Shown here: piece by piece, positions 25,275 through 38,300 of the stretch
How the letters are laid out: each line of letters opens with the position of its first letter
Numbering within the stretch: the first letter of the stretch is position 1
Source of the DNA: Macrostomum hystrix
Lineage: Eukaryota > Animalia > Platyhelminthes
DNA length: 64,000 bases
Reading direction: 5' to 3'
Assembly (NCBI GenBank): GCA_950097015.1
Contig: CATNEN010000039.1
Span: 13,392,001-13,456,000 of the forward strand
The notes under the pieces: model-generated
Database searches by the model: none
The model's input: only the letters and a program-made list of their open reading frames with translations
Told to the model about the DNA's origin: nothing
Translations under genes and position numbers: made by a program

Positions 25275-25960
25275 GAATCGAAGCAGGAGCTACAGAAGGA
25301 ATCGAAGCAGGAGCCGCAATTAAGAACCTATGCAGGAGCCATGGATATGAATCGAAGCAAAAGCTATAGATATGGAATAGAAGCGGGTGCCATAGATCTG
25401 GAATCGAAGCAGGAGTCATAGATCTGGAATCGAAGCAGGTGTCATAGATCTGGAATCGAAGCAGGAGTCATAGATCTGGAATCGAAGCATTTGTCATAGA
25501 TCTGGAATCGAAGCAGGAGTCATAGATATGGAATCGAAGCAGGAGTGATAGATCTGGAATCTAAGCAGGTGTCATAGATATGGAATCGAAGCAAGATTTA
25601 TAGATATGGAATCGAAGCAGGAGTCATAGATATGGAATCGAAGCAGGAGTCATAGATATGGAATCGAAGCAGGAGTGATAGATCTGGAATCTAAGCAGGT
25701 GTCATAGATATGGAATCGAAGCAAGATTTATAGATATGGAATCGAAGCAGGAGTCATAGATATGGAATCGAAGCAGGATTTATAGATATGGAATCGAAGC
25801 AGGAGTCATAGATATGGAATCGAAGCAGGATTTATATATATAGAATCGAAGCAGGAGTCATAGATATGGAATCGAAGCAAGATTTATAGATATGGAATCG
25901 AAGCAGGAGTCATAGATATGGAATCGAAGCAGGATTTATAGATATGGAATCGAAGCAAGA
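25275..25960. repeat. 26-bp minisatellite GAATCGAAGCAGGAGTCATAGATATG just 3' of the GPCR stop
   Basis: Tandem array read directly. Confidence 0.97.
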
Positions 25961-26683
25961 CGGAGTCGCACAGAACGCGTAAATTTCGTCATAATGTTTC
26001 CCAAAAGATAAATTTGTCACTGAAAAGTTGCGCGAATCGTTCATTACTGATTAAAGTGATACTTTTTAATCTCGCTAAAATCTCGGTGTATTTTGTGACT
26101 CGATAAATCACTGTGTTTATTTGTTTAGCTGTAGCTCTCGATTTAATTATAATTTTTTATTCTACTCGAAGTTTGTGAACTATATCTTGCAACTTTGCGT
26201 TTTGTCGCTAGGTCAAAGTCACTGTTCAAAATTATATACTAGAATTGTACCTGAGGCTAAGTCATTTTTTCGAATCGCAGCAACAAAAGCAATAAATGGA
26301 AGATGGCCAAAAGCAATCTCTACTGTATGCTATAAATAGAATTTATTAGGCGTAGCCTAATTCCAGAATTAGAAACCTAACATTGGCAGATGCCACTCGT
26401 AATGTAGAATCGTTAAAGAAGCCATGCTGAGTTACCTGAGCTAAATTTATAATCGAATCAGTCATAGACATAGTTAATGCAACTGAAGCCTTTGTTTAAA
26501 CTGTAAGGAAGTGAGTGAGTAAATAAATTTACTGTCTTAGTATTGACTACTATCAGTAGAGTTAAGCATGTGATGCAGTTGACATTCTGTTTAAAATTTC
26601 TTCGTCAAGACAGGAAGAAAAGTTATGCATTGTTGCCCAACAGCGTTGGAAAGTACGGTACTACTGCAGAATACACCGTATAA

Positions 26684-26754
26684 CCGGAAGTGCAGCCAGT
26701 GATCAATGCTGTTCGATGCTCTTTATCTGAGTCAGTTAGCCGTTCCGGAAGTGC
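26684..26754 (+). promoter_or_regulatory. Two CCGGAAGTGC ETS-type motifs upstream of the TRP channel ATG
   Basis: Exact 10-mer at 26684-26693 and 26745-26754, 100-170 bp before ATG 26854. Confidence 0.35.
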
Positions 26755-26853
26755 GCTTTGATGTGTCTGCCGCATTAATTTTAGTAGCTATAAGAAAAAG
26801 GCTTTCTTGAGCGCTCAAAAAGTGCAGCACCGAGTAAAAAACAACCGCGAGCA

Positions 26854-29800
26854 ATGGACTACTTGGACGCTCTTCTATCGCGAAATCGAAAGCGTTTCCT
26901 CGCTCTGGTCAAAGCAGACCGTGTGAGCCAGGTAGATAAAGCTCGTTACCAAGGCAACGGGCTTGTTCATGTGGCAGCCGCCAGCTCAAGAGCAGAGCTG
27001 GCTGAGCTTGTCATGCAAGCCAAACTCAATCCGGAGGAGCGAAACGATGAAGGCATGACTGCCGTCCATGTGGCTGTCTCGACTGGAAATGCAGAGGCTC
27101 TGAAGGTGTTCCTAAATTTTGGAGCGGATCCGACCGCAACCTACGGTCGGGTGCGCTGGAGCCCGGTGCACCTGGTGGTTCGATCCACCGCTGTAGCAGC
27201 CACATCTCAGCTGGAGATGTTGAACCTGCTGGTGAAGCATGGGGCCAATCCCAACCTGACGGATGCAGACGGTAACACGCCGCTCCACCTGGCGGTGGAG
27301 ATCGAAGCGGACAAGCGAGTGATTGCGCAGCTGACTGAAGCTGGTAAAAACCTTGCCACCGCGCGCAACAATCGCCACCTAACCCCGCTGGAGTACGCGG
27401 CAATCAATGGTAACAGGCGCGCGATACAGCAGCTGATAAAGCGCGGCGCTGTGCCGCAGATTCGGCTGCTAAATCGGTCCGGCTATATCGCCTACGTCGA
27501 AGTATTCCTTGAGATCTCGATCAGCAAGATGTCAACAGACTCAGTGGAAGCTCTGATGCGGCATGCTGACTTTCAGTCTCTGATAAACTACATTGTTTCG
27601 AACAAACTGAACGAGCCAAGTAGACGAGACGCTCAAGGCGGCCAGTTGACCATGATAAGCGACTTGTTGCACTCGCGCTACAGCGGTTTGGGTACGTTTA
27701 AGAGCCTTCTCGAATTCAATGCCAATACCCAGTTCGCCAATTATCTGGCCGACGATTCCAAGGCCCTCGAAGCTTGGGCAGACCTTGTTGTGACCTACAT
27801 TCTTTACCGAGAGTCTGTCTCTCTGTTGAAACTTCTGATCGACGACAGTCTTCTGTTCTACCTGTCAGACCGAGCCATTCAAGCCCAGCTGTTTGACCTA
27901 TACAAAGGCAAGCTAAATCGGTACCTCCCGAGCTCGCTAACTCACACCTTCATAGCAGAGGATGGAGCTTCAAAGTCGCAGATAGAGCTAAAGTTGCATC
28001 AGTGGCTGCAACGAAAATCTGGCATCTGCTTAGAAAAGTTTAATTTTACTAACACCAGTGTTCTCTCGATCAGTACGAGACAGGTATTCCGAGCCCCTGC
28101 CTTGAGTTTAATTACCTGGACAACAGCATCGGGTCTCTATCACCTATTGCCCTACTTGTTCGTGGCCGAAGACACTGATAACATTCCTCTCGGGCTGTTC
28201 AATATGGCCTTGTTGAATCATCTAATGAATGCTCGAAGCTCAGTCGGCACGCAGTTCAGCGAGGACGCGGAGTATTACCGCCTTGAGCTCGAGTTGCTCA
28301 TCCACAATCTGGTATCCCGGATGTGGCACCTCGACAAGTCGTATGAGAAGATTGACTCGGCCTTGTTCCTGCTGCAGCAGCTACCGGTGTACGGCAAGGC
28401 CAGCATGCTGGACATGGCTATGCAGGCTCAATCGATGAAGATACTTCAGTTCTCAAGCAGCGTTGTCGCGATGCGACTGCTCTGGTACCGCAGCCTCAGT
28501 TGGATGTCATCGAGGCACCGAATTTCGCTTACAATTTCAGCTCTCGGACTCTGGTTCGTTCTGCTTATACCTATTTTTGTGCCTCTAGTTGAAAAATTTA
28601 CGCCGGCGGAGCAAAGCATTTTTCAGTTTTTGCGCATTGGCCTAGTGCCAATTCTGGCTTTTGTCAACCTGCTCATCGGTTTGGGCATTGCGGGTCGCTA
28701 CACTCAGCGGAAACAATCTCGATTACGACAGCAGGCAGAGAATGTGGCCGATAAGCAGCGAGATAAATTTGGGAGCCTCCTGCTGACTGGAGCTCCGGGC
28801 CAGCGGTGGCATTTCAACGCGCTGTTCTCTAACTCACCGTTGTCTTCTGAAGGATCGGTGTTGGAATTCCTAAGGACTCCAGCCGTGAAGTACATCGCAT
28901 TTCTCGTCACATATGCTGCTTTTCTGACTCTCGGGTTCTGGATTGGGGCCATGCAATTTCGATACGTGATCTCCGACACTGAAATTCTCTACTGGATCTT
29001 ATTTTTTAGCTACTTACTTGAAGCCGTACAACAGTTTATCAGATCCAAGCTCTTCGAAAGCTGTTTTTATAAGCATTCAATCTTCTGGGCTGTTGTGTCA
29101 CTTCTCAGCTATTTGCTGGGTCTGATTGCTTTCACCTGGCGAATGGTTTATCACACAGCCAATCGAAATGGCAGGACAGCCGAAGAGTCCCAGGAAGTTG
29201 TTGATACATCCTTTCTGCTTGCCCGCTATCTGTTTGTTCTCTCCCACGCGTTGGCGTTCCTTCAGGTATGGCGCTTCTTGACCTCGACGCCTTGCATCGG
29301 GCTGCTGATTCGGATGATTGAAAAGCTGGTCAAGTATTATCTGTGCCACTTTCTACTGCTCATGTCGCTAGTCATGATTCGCGGGGCATTCATTTTTGCA
29401 AGCATACTTTATCCGCAGGTAGGTTAATTTATTGTGCTGGCTAATTTCTTGTTGTTGCTTTATTGAAAAAAACGGCGTCCTTAATCAGGTCTTAGATAGA
29501 TAAAGAACCTGACAATGTTTTATGATCCCTAACAGTAGAAAGACTACACTATTCCCCTCTGGGATAGACCACGAGAGAACTTCAAATACTCACTACTCAC
29601 TTCAGGACAGCTCCCAAACCGAATGACAGATTTTCGTAAAAGTTCATCGCATGAATCAAAAGTTTCCACCCTTTACGATGTGCTGGACTTTCACGAAAAT
29701 TAGCCATTCTGTTTGGGAGCATTCGGAAAGTAGGCTATTTGAAGTATTGAAATAGTTATCACTTTGATAGATTTGCATCTTTCCAAACACCTTGCTAACC

Positions 29801-30421
29801 TAAATTCGCCAGGGCTACGCCTTGCAAGCCAATAATGGAACGGTCACAAAGCTGCCACTGCCGGTGTACATTTTGCGCATCTTTGTCCACTCCTACTATT
29901 CCATTATGGGCGAATTTCTTTCCGACTACCTGAGCGGATTCGACTGCCAGTCGGATGCAATTTGCCCAGCAACTCTGATTGGCAGCGGCCTTGTCACCCT
30001 GTTTCACATGTCTGGCTACGCCTTTTACACCACCCTGCTGCTTCTGGGCCTTCTCATCTCTTTGGTAACCACCATTGTTGACGAACTCAACCGGCACCAC
30101 GTCGCTTATTGGCAGATGGCGCGTTACGATTTCATGCAAGAGCTAAATTACTACTCTCTGCTCTACCCGCCATTCAACGTGCTGCAGATTATTGTTGAGT
30201 GGGTTGGCTTCTTCACTTCCAGGAATCGATTTTCTTGGCTCTACGATCTTAAATATGGCTTCTACAGTCAGGAGAGCATCATCAACAGCCTGCTCAGTCA
30301 GACCTATGTCCTTGAGAGGGACCGCAAGCGCTTACTTACCGAGATTGACCAGAGACGCGAGCACCGGACTAAAACCAAGATTGAAACTGCGTCGCTCAAT
30401 CGCTGGAACTGCTCACTTTAG
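26854..30421 (+). CDS. TRP-family cation channel with about 5 N-terminal ankyrin repeats and a TRPM-like transmembrane/pore/TRP-box region, about 1057 aa; exons 26854-29418 and 29813-30421
   Basis: Ankyrin motifs GMTAVHVAV, GNTPLHLAV, LTPLEYAA. Also FLRTPAVKY..TY..FL, IGLLIRMIEKLV, pore YYSIMGE...DC.....C, S6 LLLLGLLISL and YWQMARY...E......LYPPFN. One phase-0 GT-AG intron. Confidence 0.85.
29550..29720. mobile_element. Dispersed repeat family C (unclassified non-autonomous element) in the TRP intron
   Basis: CTCCCAAACCGAATGAC.GATTTTCGT...TGAATCAAAA.TTTC.ACCCTT.ACGATG is shared with 50285-50610. Confidence 0.6.
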
Positions 30422-31649
30422 CGATTAATTACTAAGAAGCAGCTGTTTTAAACATTTGAAAACGTTGGCTAAATTATGTAGCCAAACATTACGTAAATGA
30501 CGTAGCGAGAAAATGCTGCATAGTCCAAGACCCATCTCAAAGTACTCAGGAAAACTAAACTATGATAAATAAATAAAACTTTCAATTAGAGCATTACGGG
30601 GCGATGTCTCAAAATGTTATTCTCCAATGACGTATTTCTCAGCGTTACTGACTTCAGAAATTAAATTGTTGAGACTAGATAGCACCGTGTACTTTCCTGT
30701 GAAAAGGCCTCAAAGTATCTGCAATAAACAAAAGATCGCGACTGTACTGCAAACGAGTGTGAGCAAAAGCCCTGCTCTCTGCATTGTAAATTGGTCCTAT
30801 CAACCTACTCAACCTACTAATGTATTTTTCTATTTATATTAGCTACAGTAGATACAGTACAACAACAAAATACGCTAGTCCCAAAAGTCAGGGAGGCAGC
30901 GTCAGATGGTGCGCCGCAGAGCCAGCGCGTGAACGGGCCCTGTAGATACAGTAGCTACTATTTAAAGTAGTTAAAGTGGCTAAAGGACCCTCACACGTTA
31001 CTCAAGCTTCACGCGCTTGTCACAGATGACGGAGAGCACTATATTTTGTTTGCTGTTGTATATGCGAAGTTGCAATTTATCAGATTTAATTTGAATTAAT
31101 TATTTTGCCATTCCTAAAACTTTAAATTTCTTAGAAACTAGCCTGCCCGTCACTGTCTGAGACCAAAAAATTTCTTTTGTTTTGTATGACTTTTCGACCA
31201 GAACACCTGGCACAGGACTCTAAGTGTCTGAAATGCTGCATTAAATAAGACGGGCCATTGTCATTTATGGGGAAGAATTGAGTTAATTGCGAGCGACAAT
31301 CACACCAAAGCAGCGCAATGGACTATTCATTCATATTTTTCGAATATTATTACGGAAATATTTATATTTTCCCATTCCAAAGAAGCATGCTGTTGTACTA
31401 GCTTAGTAGTTTAAATAGTTAGCTTTTTACTAATAACTTTTGGAAAAAAAAGTGTCAAAATTAATTTTTTAAACAGATGACAGAGGACAAAAATCTGAAA
31501 ATTAAACACTACCATTTGTTTAATAAGACTAATACTACTAAATTCGAAGGGCATTGCATTGAGGAAACAATGTTTTGATGAGATTTGCTAATTACAGTCT
31601 AGTTATTGTAGACTCATATTAATGATACTCACAGGGTGGCTGGCACAAC

Positions 31650-31788
31650 ATTTGGATCCGCAGCCAGCGAGGAGGCAATTCTGCCCATTGCGCTGACTCC
31701 TGAGCACACGCACACACACAATAAATGCGGCCTCGCCATGCCATCGAACTCAAAGACCTTGGAGCGAGCGGCGAACGCGTTAGACCTT
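31650..31788 (-). mobile_element. SINE family B, internally deleted copy
   Basis: GCAGCCAGCGAGGAGGCAATTCTGCCCATT joined to GGCCTCGCC...GACCTTGG...AACGCGTTAGACC. Confidence 0.75.
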
Positions 31789-32350
31789 TTTGGAGATTGA
31801 GTTTATAGTACGTAACTATCTATATTGCATGTAATAATTCATGCAAGTAATAATTCAGGAATATTTTTATTTTTTAACAGAAAAGCTTCTCCAATTTCTG
31901 AGTGGTTCGCTTTTTCTGGATGATAGTTTAAACGAAATTTTGTTTTAAATGTCGTTCGTTACATTGGCACAAATAAAAAAATGAAAGTAGTACGAGATGG
32001 AGAGAGAAAGGGACAATGTTTAGAATTGCTTGTACTCGTAGTTTATAAGTGAATGACAATGACATCGAGACGGGTGATTAACTCATAACCCTATTTTGCG
32101 TATAGCCAAGTCGACAAGTTAAGCTAAATTCTTAATCACCTTTACAAGTCAACCCTAAAGTGAGCATTCAGGAGTTCGCTTTTGGGATACTTTAGGCTTG
32201 AGTTCAGAAGTGACAGGTTAGTTTGTACAAGTATTCTTTTAACTACGCGAGCAAATATCAAGCAATCCGGTTATGCTTGTATAAAATGGCTCTGTCAGGT
32301 GTCGTTAAACAACCATAAAATAATCTGACAGATCATTGTGCTCAATCGAT

Positions 32351-35300
32351 CTAAACACGTCCATCAGGGTAGACAATGCGAGGCCGCGAGCAGCTTTGCG
32401 AATCCGGCTGCGGAGGCGGCATTATGGTCAGACCACCACCAACCAACTCAATGGACTCCGGCAGCGCGGACATCAGGCTGGGGACGCCACCGGAGCTGAT
32501 GGTTGCAGCCTGCTGCTGCAGTTGATGATGCAGGTGATGATGATGATGATGCAGCAGCGGCTGCAGAGCTTGCAGACTCGCTTGACGAGATGCGGCAGCG
32601 GCTGCCGAGTTGCCGCTGGCCGAAGAGGCGGGACAGAGCGCGCAGGACAGGTCTTCGTCTGAACAGCCGCGTCCGCTGTCGGAACGATTGGCGTCGGCGC
32701 CGACTGTGGCCACCTCGGCAGCGGCTGCGGAGGCAGCTGACGCGGCTGCAGCGGCAACTACAGAAGACGACACGGAGAAGGCAGAGGCGGCTCCTGACAG
32801 CGCGAGTGGCTGAAGATGCCGGTAGAGACTTGCTGCGTCTTGAACTATGAAGGGCCGGCCGCACTGTTGCAAAGTGTTCACGTCATGCTAGTTAGTCAGT
32901 TGATGTCAGGTAAAATTGATTACTACCAAACTCCAAAACAACCCTTGACTGCAACATTCAGCTCAAAGGCTAGAGGAGTCTAATTCGGTGGGGTTGAAGT
33001 GCTGACAACGCGAGCTTCCCAGGAAACGAGAAGGCGGACCAACTCGCGAGCTGGCGCCCCGGAAGGGCCCGGGACTTGAGGCCCCATCTTCCGTTATCTG
33101 CGCCAGAGTGAGGGGCACTGGATGGAATCCAAGCACCAGGAAATGTGAACCAAATACCCAGAACTGTTGCCAGTCTGCACAGCCTGCGTAAAGCCCTTCT
33201 AAAGCTCAAACTCAGCGACCTCAGAGTGGTCAATTTGGCCAATTCGGCGTAGACGCCAGTCTACGCGAGGGCGCGGCTCGAACATCTTGGGCCATCTTGG
33301 GCCCTAGAGCAGCCCGCTGCATGCCCAGTGCCTCAGGGACACCGGGAGCCGACCCTTCCCCACTGCAGGTCAACTTATTTGATTATTTACTCACCCCCAT
33401 TGTGTGGCAGATATGCGAGTGCTGCGACCCGACGTCGCAGCTGGCCTCAGTAAGTGGCGTCTCCTGCTCGCAGTACCTCTGGTCGGCATCGTCCTGAACA
33501 CCCTTGTGGCTGCTAAATCTGCCACCGCCGCTGTCTCCGCCATGACCTCCGTCTCCGCTGCCGGCTCTGTAGGCTAGGTCAAAGAGACCCCCAGTGCAGG
33601 ACCGATTGATGCAGGCCACGGCTAAAATCAAAGCGACAGCGAGTAGTGCGGATACTGAGGCCAGAGTGATGATGATGACCACGTTGCGTCGTGTATGCCG
33701 CTCTGTCAGGCTAGCTGCAGTCTCGTCTGGGGCGATTGGCGCAGTGTTGTCAACGTCTATGTAGATCACCTGCAAGTTTTCATACAATACTTTTTGTGGT
33801 CTCTCAGTGCTCGTTGCTTGCATATAATACTCGTAGTATTTGCGAAACGACCTGACTTTCCGAGGAGAACTACATCACTTTTTAATCTGCTTTATTCTCA
33901 TAAATTAGCTTTTATCTCGACGATGCCCATGTTTTTGTGATTCTATAAGTTGCTTACGAGCGTAATCGTTTTTTCTTTTCATTCAATGAGTGGTCTTGTC
34001 CTCTCACCCGAGTGTCCGCCCAGCCAGCTTTAATCCCGTTGCCGACGACACGCACCAGGACTGTGTGCCGCCTCAGATCCACAATGCCCAGCTCTTGCGC
34101 AACTCGCAGGTCTCCATTCTGCGGATCGATGCGAAAGCGAGGTGGAAATGTCTCGGGCGTCACCAAGTGGTAGACCATGCGAGCGTTCTCGCCAACGTCC
34201 GGATCTACGGCGCGAACCCGGAGCACCAGTGCGTCCTGGGGATGCGTGTAGATGCTCATGCGAACGGAGGTGCCATTGTCAGGCGGCGATACAATCCTTG
34301 GCGGCTCGTCGTCCTCGTCGATGATCTGCACAATTACTTCCGTGTCCGTGTGCCTGGCCAGGCCGCCGGGGCCCTGGTCGGATGCACGCACCCGCAGTCG
34401 GTGCTCGGCGCATTGTTCCCTATCGAAGCTGGCGAGAGCGTGCAGGGTCCCGTCTTGGTCAAGCCGGAAGCTGGACGCTGTCAAGCTTGGAAGCAGCGTG
34501 AAGATTATGCGACCATTCTCACCTGAGAGACGGTCGGAATATTGCGCATGACACTGAAGCTACATTTATCATGGTAAAACTTATCGAGAGTTAGTACTCG
34601 TAACTTTCCACTCCAAACACGAGAAATTATTATTGAATAAAAAAGCTAGCACAAGCCTGTTACTCACCCAAGTCTGCGTCCGTGGCCTTCAAGCGTCCCA
34701 GCTGCAGAGGAGTCGCGTTGTTCTCAACGACAGCGAAGTGTCTCGAGCCAACGAACTGCGGCTCGTGATCGTTCGTGTCCAGCACTGTCACCTCCACAGT
34801 TGCTGTGGCGGACAACTGCGGGTCGCCAGAGTCAGCTGCCACCACTAGCAGTTCGTATTTATCGCGGGACTCTCTGTCCAGAATTTGAGTTGTGCTCAAT
34901 CGACCCGATGCCGGATCAATAGCAAACGGAGCCGAGGAGTCGCCAATAAGGTGGAAATTCAGGCGAGCATTGGCACCGTCGTCCGCGTCGGTTGCACGAA
35001 TGATCGTGACCAGAGCACCAGGCCGACGATTCTCTTCAACTTGGGCATCGATGCGTTTCTGAGCATTCACATCTGTGAACACTGGCGCATTATCGTTTAC
35101 GTCTGTCACCTGAACCACTGCGGTATAGGTACTGGTAAGGCTGGGATCTCCTGCATCCCAACAGGTGAGTGTCCCAGTCACGCTGGGCTCACGTTCGCGA
35201 TCTAGCTTCCTCTGAGACACAATATTGTACATTCCTGGCATGTTTGCACCGGCGCTTTCGATTTTAATAGCTGCTGGGGCACCTCTCGAGCTGCCAGGTA

Positions 35301-38300
35301 CCTCCGCGCCGTGACATGTCCATTGGCCACCGACGCCAGTATCCGGGTCAGATACTGCCACGGCGCCTAGGATTTGACCTGGCGGCTTGTTCTCGACCAG
35401 ACTGACTGGCATGGCGGCCGATTCTCGGTACTGCGGCGGATTGTCGTTGCGGTCCTGCAAGCGCAGCAGCACTGTCGCCTTGTCGCTGAAGCTGCCATCG
35501 AAGACGCGCACAGAGAAGCGAAGCTCGCGCTGCGACTCGTAGTCCAGCGGCTCCGCGGTGGTGAGCAGGCGACCGTCCTCGGTCAGGTGAAGTTGACGAC
35601 GAACCTTTTCGGGTGTATCCGATGGGTCCAGACTGTAGGTCAGGTTGTGCTGCAGGTCCAGATCGTCAGCAATGAGCTGCGAAGTGTTTTTAGAGTTAAG
35701 ATGAATAGCTTCTCAAATTAAGCTGGAAAAAAGCAATCGGAGCTGTAGGCACCACACAGCATGCCATCATCAGCTTATGAGAACTTTTAGGGTGAACTCT
35801 CTAAACACACACAAAAGCCGACACACAAATGGACACCTACTGAGACAAAAACTCGCGCTAAAATGTTTCAAGTTCTGCAAAGCTTCAGCCCTCAAAATGC
35901 TTCATATACATTTTGTGCCGGCGGCAAACATTTTGACATCCGAAACTGCACTGAAAACGCTGTTAGCAACCTCCGAAACTAAATCAAAATAAATAATAAA
36001 AGCAATTGCTTAGATAGGGTGAGATGTGCGGCAGACAGCACAGCTGCAGCTTTTGCCCGGTGCATCTAAAGGCTGCGTACGGGCTGTTCAGTCCATGGAC
36101 TGGGGGCGGGTACCACACCCACCCCTTTGACAGCTGGGTGAACCGAAGCAATGCAGAGTTATTTATCTTGCTAAAGGACAATAAAACGTTCCAGTGGAGA
36201 ATCGAACTCCTAACTTTAAGTCCTAACCCGCTCACAAAATAAAAATAATAATTGCAGTATGATTGCGGGCGATGGCACGTCATTTAGCGACAATAGACCC
36301 GCAGCCAGAGAGGAGCCAATTCTGCCCATTTCGCTGACTCCTGAGCACACTCGCACACACAGGTGTGTACATCTGCCCTGACTTTCTCATCGTCAGGCAG
36401 TGTAGACTCTCACTGTGCCTTGGGAGGTTGGCCCTCAAGGGCGTAAATTGCACGACAAGCCCCCAGGCCTTCTCTCCGCGTCTGCGCCCCAAGTTAATGT
36501 GGCCTCGCCGCGGAATCGAGCTCAGGGACCTTGGCGCAAGAGGCAAACGCGTTAGACTGCTCTGCCACCGACCCCTCCCCTAACCCGCTCACAGTTGCAA
36601 CAACAATTAGACGGTTTTTTACAATGATAGCTCATTCACGCATACTGCCAGAAGTGAGGATTTCCAGTGATCGCAGAGCTGACCCTTAATAGTAATGAGT
36701 AATTTTCTTATCCAGCCAAAGTGGCAAAGTGTAGTAATCATTGATGGCTATCTGAGCTAGGCGGCAAGCCTTCCTGTTCACCGCACGTTGCAGCCTCTCA
36801 GCTCTCAGTCAGGCTGTCATGGGTGGCACGCACGCACACAATATCTGCGGCACGCGGGGCTGCTCATTAAACTGCTCAAACAGCTAGCTGACAGACAGTA
36901 TTGGTGACTGAGGGGAGATGGGAGAAGGATAAGAGGTGACAGGGGGAGAGTCATGGCTGGACGATGCGCAAAGTTTGCGTGAAACTGCCAGCCGGGAGCG
37001 AGTGAAAATCACATTATAGAAAAATTTTGAGTCACCGCAGAGAGAGAGCCAAGCGGGCGAAGACACCGCTATGAGGCTTTTGCTCGTATGCTCACACGCA
37101 GTCAATATCTCGTCTCTGGTCTCCAGGCCGACCCCACCTTAAATATAATATATTCAGCTTCTCTTGTGGCAGTCACACGCAAGGCACTAGCCAATACTTC
37201 ACTGTGCGCGGGTATGTGAGCGACGGCGTGTATTTTGCAAGTTTATTTCAGTTGGATTAGCGGTGCCTGAGCTGTCAGGCAAGCCTCCATCATGCCGTGT
37301 GCTACCAGAAAAGTCCGCAGACCTGCGGTTGGGGCGGCGGAGGGGTTGGTTGTCGTTGTTGTTGGGCTGGGATGACGGTGACTGCTGAGAGAAATAACTT
37401 CAGGGGTCTATAGTTTTCGTTTCTTTGCTTCTTACCCCCCCCCCAACCCGGACAATGGGACCGCGCCACGGCGGAGTTACCTGTTCTGACCGGCCCGGCG
37501 GGGAAGCCCAGGACCCATATTGAGAGGGAGAAATATACGTAGGTAGTCGGTTTTTTCTGTACTCCCTATAACTCAGACTATAGCGCTTCCTCTTTGCCCA
37601 TCTACCGAGTACCCAGCGTGCGTGCATGCGACGCCAGTGGGGGGGCATGTTTCTAGGCAGTTACAGCCAAATCGCGTATTGCTGACGGGGCAGCGATTCT
37701 CAATTTAGCATGGAAGGAGCTAGAGAGAGGAGAAAAATACAACCGCTTAAAAAAATTCTACAAAGGAAGGAAGACTTGCAGCCCGTTCACTTAACCAATC
37801 ACTGACTGAGTGTGCACAGTAGCTCAATGCATTCTTCGGCTATAAGTTTCATGAGCTTATTTATTTTATTCACACCATCAGTCATCAGGCGAGGCCAGAG
37901 TTGAGTGGCTCAATTCATGCCGATATTACCGGCGTGATCGATTGACTCAGAACTCGCGGTTGCTGATGCTATAATAGTCTCACTCTGAGTACAGCAGATC
38001 CTAATTAAACTGCAGAGCCAGGGGGACTCTGAAGTTGAGTACAGATTTAGAGCACAATTTTGCTTTTCTTAGACACCTGTCTAGACAGGCGACTTAATTT
38101 GAGAACCTTTGATTACCTGCGGCTAGTTTAGGTGCAATTTTTAAATATAAATGGAAAACATTACCTGATAAGAATTGCAAAGAAATGTAAATTATTATAA
38201 CAAATGTACACCAAAACTGATTTTTTTCAGATGCACCGATAATATGGGGATAATTTTCCCATCTGAACTCCAATAATCTACGGAGATAACTGAACTCGAA

